This document shows positions 38,488 through 46,233 of a DNA stretch of 50,108 nucleotides, piece after piece. Position numbers and translations under genes: made by a program. Location of the stretch: assembly GCA_046566345.1 (NCBI GenBank), contig JBKHWW010000195.1, positions 1-50,108 of the forward strand. The letters are read 5' to 3'. Within the stretch, counting starts at the first letter, position 1, and each line of letters opens with the position of its first letter. The notes beneath the pieces were generated by a model that saw nothing but the letters and a program-made list of their open reading frames with translations, had not been told where the DNA came from and did no database searches. This stretch comes from Actinomycetes bacterium (GTDB taxonomy: Bacteria > Actinomycetota > Actinomycetes > Propionibacteriales > Propionibacteriaceae).

Positions 38488-39265
38488 GGGCCGCCTCGAC
38501 GAGCCGGGGCAGCGTGTCCTCGATCGGGTCGCGCAGCAGGGCGTCGGCGAGGTAGTCGTACTGGGTCTCCTCGGCGTTGACGATGACCACCCGGGCCGAG
38601 TGGCCGAACGCGTACGGCACCAGCCCCGCGACCGGGTGCACCACCAGCGACGTACCGACGGCGAGGACCAGGTCGGCCTGTTCGGCGAGCCGGACGCCGG
38701 CGTCCAGCACCGTCGGGTCGAGCAGCTCCTCGAAGAGGATGACCGTGGCCCGGGTGATCCCGCCGCACTCCGGGCAGCGCGGGTCGTCCTCGCCGGCCAG
38801 AACGCGGTCGACCATCTCGCGCATGGGGCCGGTTCGCCCGCAGTCTTCGCACCGCCAGGTGCGTGCATTCCCGTGGATCTCATGGACGATCTCTGGGGAG
38901 GAGCCCGCCAGGAGGTGGAGTCCGTCGGTGTTCTGGGTGACGATTCCGGCCAGGCGGCCCGCCTTCTCGAGGTCGACCAGGGCCAGGTGGCCTGCGTTGG
39001 GGGAGGCTGCCCAGTGAGCGGAGTGGGCGCGCGCCTGCCATGCCTTCCGGCGGACGTCCTCGTCGTGTAGGTAGTGCGACAGTGTCGAGATCTTCTCGGA
39101 GTCGGGATCTTTGGTCCACCTGCCCTGTGGGCCACGGAAGTCGGGGATCCCGGAGGCGGTCGACAGCCCCGCTCCGGTCAGCGCGAGGATCCGGGACGAG
39201 CTCGCCACCAACTCGGCCGCGCGCGCGAAACCGCCGTGGGCGCGGGGATGCAGGGAATCCGTCAT
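38474..39265 (-). CDS. Sir2 family NAD-dependent deacylase
   Basis: TGAGLSTASGIPDFRG, TQNTDGLH, IHG, CEDC/CPEC, GTSL. Confidence 0.93.
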   Translation of the reverse strand: MTDSLHPRAHGGFARAAELVASSSRILALTGAGLSTASGIPDFRGPQGRWTKDPDSEKISTLSHYLHDEDVRRKAWQARAHSAHWAASPNAGHLALVDLEKAGRLAGIVTQNTDGLHLLAGSSPEIVHEIHGNARTWRCEDCGRTGPMREMVDRVLAGEDDPRCPECGGITRATVILFEELLDPTVLDAGVRLAEQADLVLAVGTSLVVHPVAGLVPYAFGHSARVVIVNAEETQYDYLADALLRDPIEDTLPRLVEAARARG

Positions 39266-39308
39266 GGTCCCTCTCATCTTGCCACCGGCTGCCGCAGACG
39301 CCACGGGG

Positions 39309-39335
39309 GGAATAGACAAGGACCCGCCCGGGTTG
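39309..39335 (+). promoter_or_regulatory. SigH/SigR-type promoter GGAAT-N18-GTTG for the LLM operon
   Basis: GGAATagacaaggacccgcccggGTTG, followed by a GTTG-N6-CAAC dyad at 39341-39354. Confidence 0.7.
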
Positions 39336-39369
39336 AGATAGTTGAATCAGCAACCAATGAGGAGTCAGC

Positions 39370-40539
39370 ATGCAGATCGGCATCTTCTCGGTCAGTGACA
39401 TCACCACCGACCCCACGACGGGGCGGACGCCGACCGAGCATGAACGCATCAAGGCGTCGGTGGCCATCGCGAAGAAGGCCGAAGAGGTCGGCCTCGACGT
39501 CTACGCCCTCGGGGAGCACCACAACGAGCCCTTTTTCTCCAGCTCTCCCACCACGACCCTGGCTTACATCGCCGCCCAGACGAAGAGCCTGCTGCTGTCC
39601 ACGGCGACCACGCTGATCACCACGAACGACCCGGTCAAGATCGCCGAGGACTTCGCCATGCTGCAGCACCTGGCCGACGGCCGCGTCGACCTGATGATGG
39701 GCCGCGGCAACACCGGTCCGGTCTACCCCTGGTTCGGCAAGGACATCCGTCAGGGCGTTGCCCTGGCCGTCGAGAACTACGCGCTGCTCCGCCGCCTGTG
39801 GCGTGAGGACGTCGTCGACTGGCAGGGCAAGTTCCGGACGCCGCTCCAGGGCTTCACCTCGACACCGCGCCCCCTCGACGGGGTGCCGCCGTTCGTGTGG
39901 CACGGCTCGATCCGGACGCCGGAGATCGCCGAGCAGGCCGCGTACTACGGAGACGGGTTCTTCCACAACAACATCTTCTGGACGATGGACCACACCCAGC
40001 GCATGGTCGAGCTTTACCGCCGGCGCTTCCAGCACTACGGCCACGGACCCGCCGACACCGCCATCGTCGGCTTGGGCGGTCAGTTCTTCATGCGGCGCAA
40101 CAGCCAGGACGCCGTCAACGAGTTCCGGCCCTACTTCGATGTCGCGCCGGTGTACGGGCACGGTCCGAGCCTGGAGGACTTTACCGCCCAGACCCCGCTC
40201 ACCGTTGGATCGCCCCAGCAGGTCCTGGAGCGCACGCTGTCGTTCCGCGACGCGGTGGGCGACTACCAGCGTCAGCTCTTCCTCATCGACCACGCAGGGC
40301 TGCCTCTGAAGACCGTCCTGGAGCAACTCGACCTCTTGGGCGAGATCCTTCCTGCGATGCGTGCCGGCTTCGCCGAGGGTCGCCCGGCCCACATCCCGGA
40401 CGCCCCGACGCACGCCTCCCTCACCGCCGCCGCCCTGGCCCGCCGGGCAGCCGGAGCGCCCGCCACGGTGAGCGGAGTGGCCAAGGTCGACGATGTCACC
40501 GGCAAGTCGCCCTACGAAACGACGAGGACGGTCGCCTGA
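39370..40539 (+). CDS. LLM class (luciferase-like) flavin-dependent oxidoreductase, CE1758-like
   Basis: GEHHN, DPVKIAEDF, GRGNTGPVYPWFG, WHGSIR. Confidence 0.92.
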   Translation: MQIGIFSVSDITTDPTTGRTPTEHERIKASVAIAKKAEEVGLDVYALGEHHNEPFFSSSPTTTLAYIAAQTKSLLLSTATTLITTNDPVKIAEDFAMLQHLADGRVDLMMGRGNTGPVYPWFGKDIRQGVALAVENYALLRRLWREDVVDWQGKFRTPLQGFTSTPRPLDGVPPFVWHGSIRTPEIAEQAAYYGDGFFHNNIFWTMDHTQRMVELYRRRFQHYGHGPADTAIVGLGGQFFMRRNSQDAVNEFRPYFDVAPVYGHGPSLEDFTAQTPLTVGSPQQVLERTLSFRDAVGDYQRQLFLIDHAGLPLKTVLEQLDLLGEILPAMRAGFAEGRPAHIPDAPTHASLTAAALARRAAGAPATVSGVAKVDDVTGKSPYETTRTVA

Positions 40540-41165
40540 TGAGCTCCCCTACCAGCCAATACGTGCTCCTGGTCACCGCCGGGATGGGCTCGCCGTCGTC
40601 CTCGCGCATGCTCGGCGACCGCCTCGCCTCCGCCACCGTCTCTGCGCTGGCGAACGGCGCCGGACGCCGTGGGCACACCCCCGCCATCCGGGTCCTGGAG
40701 CTCCGCGATCTTGCGGTCGACCTCGCGCAGTACTACACCTCGCGCGTCCCGAGCCCGACCCTGCAGGAGGCGTTCGCCATGGTCGGGAAGGCGTCCGGCG
40801 TGATCGCCGTGTCGCCGGTCCTGAACGCGGGCCTCAACGGGCTGTTCAAGCTTTTCTTCGACCTGCTCGACGAAGGCGTCCTCAAGGGCCGCCCGGTGCT
40901 GATGGCCGCCACGGGGGGCACCGCGCGGCACAGCCTCGCGATCGACCAGACCATGCTTCCGATGTTCTTCTACCTCAAGGCGTCCGTGGCCCCCACCGCC
41001 GTCTTCGCTGCTACCGATGACTGGGGATCCGCCGAGGCGGGCCTGCCCGGCCGGATCGAGCGTGCGGCCGCGGAGTTCGCCGAGCTCATCGTGACCCGTC
41101 CGGCGTCCGACCACGCCGACGAGTTCGCCGACGTCCCCGACTTCGCGAGCCTGCTCGGCGGCTGA
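40539..41165 (+). CDS. NAD(P)H-dependent FMN reductase, CE1759-like
   Basis: AGMGSPSSSR, GLFKLFFD, ATGGTARHSL. TGATG coupling to the LLM gene. Confidence 0.9.
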   Translation: MSSPTSQYVLLVTAGMGSPSSSRMLGDRLASATVSALANGAGRRGHTPAIRVLELRDLAVDLAQYYTSRVPSPTLQEAFAMVGKASGVIAVSPVLNAGLNGLFKLFFDLLDEGVLKGRPVLMAATGGTARHSLAIDQTMLPMFFYLKASVAPTAVFAATDDWGSAEAGLPGRIERAAAEFAELIVTRPASDHADEFADVPDFASLLGG

Positions 41166-41253
41166 GGGGCGGCCGGCGTCCGCTGGAAGATCTGGGTTGG
41201 TGTTCCCACCCGTGCCGTGGCGAGTCGACCCGGCCTGCGGCACGATGGAGGGC

Positions 41254-41661
41254 ATGAGCGAGGTTCCCGGTTCCGAGCGGCGCGAGGCGGCGCGCCGGAT
41301 GGCCGATTTGGCGGCGTCCGCGCGCCGGGGCGAGGCCCAGGCGGCCCAGGAGTTGATCGACGCCTTCGTGGCTCGCGCCCTGGCCGAGGGGCCACCACCC
41401 GAGCGGCTCTTCGCGACCCAACTCGACGGGCGGGTCGTCCGGACCGACAAGACCGGCTGGTATGTGAACCGCAAGAAGACGATCGGGATCGGCGTCGACG
41501 GGAAGTGGTACGTGCTCACCGTTCCCTCATCCGCGATGGCCCGGTTCACTGGCGTGCGGCTCGACGCGTCCTCGCCCGAGCTCGTGGTAGGTCGCGGCGG
41601 ACGAGACGGGGAGAGCGGCGACCTGAGTGAATTCCTCGACCGGGTCCTGAAGGGAAACTGA
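41254..41661 (+). CDS. Hypothetical protein
   Basis: Protein-like composition (GWYVNRK, LVVGRGGRDGES). GGAGG before ATG. Confidence 0.7.
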   Translation: MSEVPGSERREAARRMADLAASARRGEAQAAQELIDAFVARALAEGPPPERLFATQLDGRVVRTDKTGWYVNRKKTIGIGVDGKWYVLTVPSSAMARFTGVRLDASSPELVVGRGGRDGESGDLSEFLDRVLKGN

Positions 41662-41910
41662 GAGCGGGGGCCGGGGAAAGACGGCGCCGAGGGACTGCGG
41701 CACCCCAACCAGCAGCCCCCCGGGCACTCATGAGATTAAGAGTCGGATGATCCCGCCCGCAATCGGGCGCGCGGCACCGTTTCCTAACCGTTGCACTCTC
41801 AGAAACCCGCCGCGTGACTTCGGTGAATTGTGCGCAGCCGCCGCGTCCGGACAACACCGAGACCATTGAGGACAACACTCGCGCCAACACCCGCTCGACA
41901 GGCTCGTCGC

Positions 41911-42585
41911 ATGACACGGGAACGCATGACCTCGACCGCCGCCGCACTCAACCGCGAGTGGCAGGCGCTCACCGATGATCCGGCCCCTCTGCCCGCCTCC
42001 TGGCGCCTGGCTTGCCCGCACTTGGCCGAGACGTCCACCCTCGCCGATGCGCTCGCGGTGGTCAGGGACCATCCGGACGCCACGCTCCTGGGGCTCCTGG
42101 CGCTGCACCGAGCTGGCGATGCGCTCGCGGGGCGGACGGTGGTTCAGGCCATGCTCGGCAAGATGATCCTGATGGCCAGCCGTGACGCCGTGGCGACCCT
42201 CGACGACTACCTCGCCGCCCTCTGGGTTCGGGTGGCGACCTACCCGCTGACGAGGCGTCCGCATCGCGTCGCGGCCAACCTGGCCCTCGACACGTTGAAG
42301 TCGATGAAATCTGGATCATGGCAACCCGGTGGCCAGTTGCCTCCCCGCCCGCAGCACGACCCCTTGGGCGACGCCGAGGCGGTGCTGGACGCCGGCGTCC
42401 GGCTCGGCGTGATCGACGCGCTGACGCGTCGCACGCTCGCCTGCGTGTACGTCGACGGGCGCAGCAGCGCGGCGGCGGCGTCGGTGCTCGGCGTGTCGTC
42501 GGACGCCGTGCGCTGGCGCTGCTCCAAGGGGGTACGCGCCCTCCGCGGGGTCGCTCCAGACCTGGTCGAGCAGTTGGCGGGGTGA
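41911..42585 (+). CDS. Divergent sigma-70/ECF-like protein
   Basis: C-terminal region-4-like HTH (RTLACVYVDGRSSAAAASVLGVSSDAVRWRCSKGVRAL) and region-2-like segment. Confidence 0.6.
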   Translation: MTRERMTSTAAALNREWQALTDDPAPLPASWRLACPHLAETSTLADALAVVRDHPDATLLGLLALHRAGDALAGRTVVQAMLGKMILMASRDAVATLDDYLAALWVRVATYPLTRRPHRVAANLALDTLKSMKSGSWQPGGQLPPRPQHDPLGDAEAVLDAGVRLGVIDALTRRTLACVYVDGRSSAAAASVLGVSSDAVRWRCSKGVRALRGVAPDLVEQLAG

Positions 42586-42603
42586 CGGGCCACGCTCACG
42601 GAC

Positions 42604-43266
42604 TCAGTGCCCGACGAGGCCGTTCTCGTACGCGAAGAGCACCAGGCCGACGCGGTCGCGGGCCTGCAGCTTGGTCAGGAGGCGTCCGATGTGGGTCTTG
42701 ACCGTGCCTTCGGCCATGTACAGCGTGCGCGCGATCTCGGCGTTGGTGGCACCCGAGGCGACCTCCATCAGCACCTCGCGCTCGCGCTCGGTCAACAGCG
42801 CGAGGCGGGGGTCGTGCTCGCCGGGCGTGGCCGACAGGGTGGGCACGACGTGGTCGAGCAGCCGCCGGGTGGTGGACGGCGCCACCACCGCGTCTCCGGC
42901 CGCCACGTTCCGGATGGCGTTGAGCAGGTCGGTCGGGCGAGCGCCCTTGAGGAGGAAGCCGCTGGCGCCCGCCTTGAGGGCGGCGAAGGCGTACTCGTCG
43001 AGGTCGAACGTGGTGAGCACGAGCACGCGCGTGGGCAGGTGGGCCTCGGTGATCCGTCGGGTGGCCTCCACGCCGTCCATGACGGGCATGCGGATGTCCA
43101 TGAGGACCACGTCGGCCGGGGTGGTGGTGGTGAGGGCGCGGACAGCCTCGGCGCCGTCGGGGGCCTCGCCGACGACGCGGAGGTCGTCGGAGGAGTCGAT
43201 GAGCATCCTGAACCCGCTGCGGACCAGCGCCTGGTCGTCGGCCAGGAACACGCGGATCGGGGGCAT
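42604..43266 (-). CDS. NarL/LuxR family response regulator
   Basis: LADDQ, VVLMDIRMP, LTTFD, FLLK, LTEREREV...TVKTH. Confidence 0.95.
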   Translation of the reverse strand: MPPIRVFLADDQALVRSGFRMLIDSSDDLRVVGEAPDGAEAVRALTTTTPADVVLMDIRMPVMDGVEATRRITEAHLPTRVLVLTTFDLDEYAFAALKAGASGFLLKGARPTDLLNAIRNVAAGDAVVAPSTTRRLLDHVVPTLSATPGEHDPRLALLTEREREVLMEVASGATNAEIARTLYMAEGTVKTHIGRLLTKLQARDRVGLVLFAYENGLVGH

Positions 43267-43268
43267 GG

Positions 43269-44495
43269 TCAGCTCCTTCTCGTCGGAGTATGGGGGGACG
43301 ACTCGCGCGCAGGCAGGATCGCCGTGACGCGGAAGCCAGGCACCGACCCGAGCGCCCCCGCGTAGAGCGTGCCGCCCATCGCGGTGACGCGCTCGTACAT
43401 GCCTCGCAGGCCGTTGCCGCCGCCGTCGGTCGGGTTCTCGACGCCCTCGCCGTCGTCGATGATGTCGATGGTGATGGTGTCCGGCCCGTACGTCAGCGTG
43501 ACGGTGGCGTGCGCGCCCGGCCCGGCGTGCTTGAGGAAGTTCGTCAGTGCCTCCTGTGCCACCCGGTAGATCGTGAGGGCGAGTGCCTGCGAGACGGTCT
43601 GGGGCGCGCCGCGAACGATGAAGGTGGCCCGGTCACTGGCCCGCGCGACCAGGTCGGGGATGTCGCCCAGCGTGGGCGTGGGCGAGTAGGTCGGCCGCTC
43701 CTCGGCGTCCGGCCCCGCACGCAGGACGCCGACGATGCGCCGCATCTCGTGTAGCGCTTCGCGCCCGGTTTCGGCGATCGTGTCGAGGGCCTCGGCGGCG
43801 ACTTCGGGCTTGCGGCTGGCGGCGGCACGGCTGCCTTCGGCCTGGACGATGATCACCGAGAGCGAGTGGGCGACGATGTCGTGCAGCTCGCGCGCGATCA
43901 TCGCCCTGACCGACGCCTCACCCAGGCGGGACTGCTGCTCCCGCTCGGCGAGCAGCAACTGGTATCGCTCCTCGGCGGTACGCACCTGTTCGGCGCGCGA
44001 CTCGGCGATCTCGCGCGAGCGGCGTCCGATGGCATAGGGCGTGAGCACCGCCCCCAGGCACGCCCCCCAGTACAGGATGTCCGCGCTCGGGTTGCTCGGG
44101 AGGCCGCTGAACCAGCGCAGCGGGCCGAGCACCGACGCGAACGCCCCGATCACGATGACAGCGCGGGCGGCATGCCCTGGGACCCAGCGCGCGACGCTGT
44201 AGGCGACGATGGGGATGGTGAGCAGCGAGAAGGTGGGCACGCGCAAGAGGACCAGCTGCACCGCCCCCGCAAGCGTGACGAGCCCGAGGGCGCCCAGCGG
44301 GGCGTGACGCCGAAGAACCAGGGGCATCGTCATGGCCGTGGAGAGGGCCATCATCGTGCTGAGGCTGGCCGGGGCCGAAGCCGGCGGGAGGTAGGGGACG
44401 ATCGACACCAACGTCATGGACACGGCGAGGAAGCCGTCGGCCACCCAGTCTCGCTGGGAGGCACCCGGCGGGAAGAGGGTGTCGACCGTGCTCAT
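43269..44495 (-). CDS. Sensor histidine kinase (HisKA_3)
   Basis: Multi-TM, IARELHDIVAHSL, QEALTN, DDG, GNGL.GM.ER. Confidence 0.93.
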   Translation of the reverse strand: MSTVDTLFPPGASQRDWVADGFLAVSMTLVSIVPYLPPASAPASLSTMMALSTAMTMPLVLRRHAPLGALGLVTLAGAVQLVLLRVPTFSLLTIPIVAYSVARWVPGHAARAVIVIGAFASVLGPLRWFSGLPSNPSADILYWGACLGAVLTPYAIGRRSREIAESRAEQVRTAEERYQLLLAEREQQSRLGEASVRAMIARELHDIVAHSLSVIIVQAEGSRAAASRKPEVAAEALDTIAETGREALHEMRRIVGVLRAGPDAEERPTYSPTPTLGDIPDLVARASDRATFIVRGAPQTVSQALALTIYRVAQEALTNFLKHAGPGAHATVTLTYGPDTITIDIIDDGEGVENPTDGGGNGLRGMYERVTAMGGTLYAGALGSVPGFRVTAILPARESSPHTPTRRS

Positions 44496-44560
44496 CGCCC
44501 CCAGCCTACGAGCGTGGGCCAAGGTCGGCGTCCCTCCCCCGGCGGCGTACACTCGCGAGC

Positions 44561-44692
44561 ATGAGAATGCTTGTCGTGTGGGCTTTGGCCGCCGCTGCGG
44601 CGGTGGCCGCCGTCACGCTCCGCACGCGCCGGGATCGGTTGCAGCGCGAGGCCGAGGTCTGGGCCGAGGCTACCGACACGATGCCGCACTGA
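44561..44692 (+). CDS. Small DLW-39-like protein (43 aa), not in the ORF track
   Basis: MRMLVVWALAAAAAVAAVTLRTRRDRLQREAEVWAEATDTMPH. TACACT 7 nt upstream; hairpin at 44724-44741 downstream. Confidence 0.75.
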   Translation: MRMLVVWALAAAAAVAAVTLRTRRDRLQREAEVWAEATDTMPH

Positions 44693-44741
44693 GTTCCGAC
44701 GGCGGCGGTGCGGCGTCCGGCACGTGGGGTCTTCACCCCAC

Positions 44742-44763
44742 TGTCACGGGCAGCCTTTACCCT
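44742..44763 (+). promoter_or_regulatory. Variant RecA-NDp/PafBC-type promoter TGTCAC-N10-TACCCT
   Basis: TGTCR core at the correct distance from the -10, 7 nt before the glycosyltransferase ATG. Confidence 0.4.
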
Positions 44764-44770
44764 TCATGAC

Positions 44771-46051
44771 ATGAACGCGATCCCCCGCCGGCGCCTCGTG
44801 ATCGTCGTGCGCGCCGACCCGGTCATCTGTGGACACTCCGGCGAGGCGCGCAACCTCGCCGAGGCCGCCTTGGAGCACGGGTTCGAAGACGTCCGGATCG
44901 TGACGTGGCCCATCGAGCGCCTGCTCGAGTCCGGCCTTCCGCTCAAGCCGCTGGACTCGGTGCTGCCCTACAGCCCGGGCATCACGGTCGAGCGACCCGA
45001 CCCGGTCGGCAACTACAAGGTCATCGACGGCCGCTACCAAGCCGGGGTCACCGGACGCCTGGTGGAACTGTTCACCGACGGCGTCCCCACGGTGTGCATG
45101 TCCCTCTACCTGAGCCCGCACACCCTCGCGGTGACGGACGCCCTGGCCGCGGCGCGCGCCACCGGGCTCCCTGTGGACGTGATCACGATCGCGGAAGCCG
45201 TCGGCTCCGACATCACCAACGTGGTCCGCACCTCCGTCGACCAGGGCCGGTTCGGAGCGGCGGCGCACGTACTCACCAGCTACTTGGCTTCTGACCGTTG
45301 CGTCGCCGTCTCGGAGTACACCCGCGACGTCATCATCCGCGCAGCGGCCGAGATCGACGCGATCCACGGCACCCGCTTCGCCGACCGCTGTGAGCGGTCG
45401 ATCTCGATCTCGTACCCCGCGATCGACTCCCGGTTGTTCACCGGCATCGAACCCGCCGACACGGACGCCGCCCTCGCGGCCCGCGGGCTGGCTCGCGACG
45501 GCTACGTGCTCTTCCTGTCCCGGTTGAGCAAGGCCAAGGGCGTGGAGGAACTCATCGACGGGTTCGCTCTGAGCGAGGAGGCCTGCGACTACGGGCTCGT
45601 CGTCGCGGGCAACGGGCCCGAGGCGGCGGATCTGGAAGCGTACGCGGCCGCGTCCGCGGCGTCCGACCGGGTCGTGTTCCTGCACGATGTCGACGACGCC
45701 GAGAAGCCCCACCTGATGGCGGGCAGCGCCGCGTTCGTCCTGCCGAGCAAGCCGCTGCCGGAGTTCACGGAAACGTTCGGGATCGCCCTGGTGGAGAAGA
45801 TGCTCGCCGGCGGCGGGCCCGTGATCACGACTGACACGGGCGGCATCGGCGAGGCCGTCGGGGACTGCGCGCTGATCATCGACATCGAGGACCCGGCGGG
45901 CATCGCCGCTGCGCTCGACCGGGCGCTGCGCATGTCGCCTGAGGAACGCCTCGACTGGGAGACGCGCGCCCGCGCGCACAGCCTCCAGTTCGATCGCGCC
46001 AACGTCTTCGAGCGTCTCTTCTCCGGTCTCGTCCCCACCGGCGCGCGCTGA
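44771..46051 (+). CDS. Glycosyltransferase family 4 (GT-B)
   Basis: GSD, AVSEYT, FLSRLSKAKG, ETFGIALVE. Confidence 0.9.
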   Translation: MNAIPRRRLVIVVRADPVICGHSGEARNLAEAALEHGFEDVRIVTWPIERLLESGLPLKPLDSVLPYSPGITVERPDPVGNYKVIDGRYQAGVTGRLVELFTDGVPTVCMSLYLSPHTLAVTDALAAARATGLPVDVITIAEAVGSDITNVVRTSVDQGRFGAAAHVLTSYLASDRCVAVSEYTRDVIIRAAAEIDAIHGTRFADRCERSISISYPAIDSRLFTGIEPADTDAALAARGLARDGYVLFLSRLSKAKGVEELIDGFALSEEACDYGLVVAGNGPEAADLEAYAAASAASDRVVFLHDVDDAEKPHLMAGSAAFVLPSKPLPEFTETFGIALVEKMLAGGGPVITTDTGGIGEAVGDCALIIDIEDPAGIAAALDRALRMSPEERLDWETRARAHSLQFDRANVFERLFSGLVPTGAR

Positions 46052-46115
46052 GCGCCGGCGTCCGATTCGAGGCGTTCATGCCGAAGGTGAGACCCGCTAG
46101 ACTGTGACGTCGTTC

Positions 46116-46188
46116 GGGGCCATGGCGCAATTGGTAGCGCACCTGCTTTGCAAGCAGGGGGTTAGGGGTTCGAGTCCCCTTGGCTCCA
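46116..46188 (+). tRNA. tRNA-Ala(TGC)
   Basis: GGGGCCA acceptor / TGGCTCC-A, anticodon arm CCTGC-TT-TGC-AA-GCAGG, GTTCGAGTC T-loop. CCA not encoded. TAGACT -10 upstream. Confidence 0.97.
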
Positions 46189-46233
46189 CCGCTGAGCAAA
46201 CACGGGATAGGCGTGCGATGGTTCAGCCTGCAG

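Noticed and set aside
38474-39265. Sir2 as an anti-phage NADase (Thoeris/DSR-like)
   Set aside because: Short CobB-like sirtuin with Zn ribbon and intact deacylase motifs, with no defence partners.
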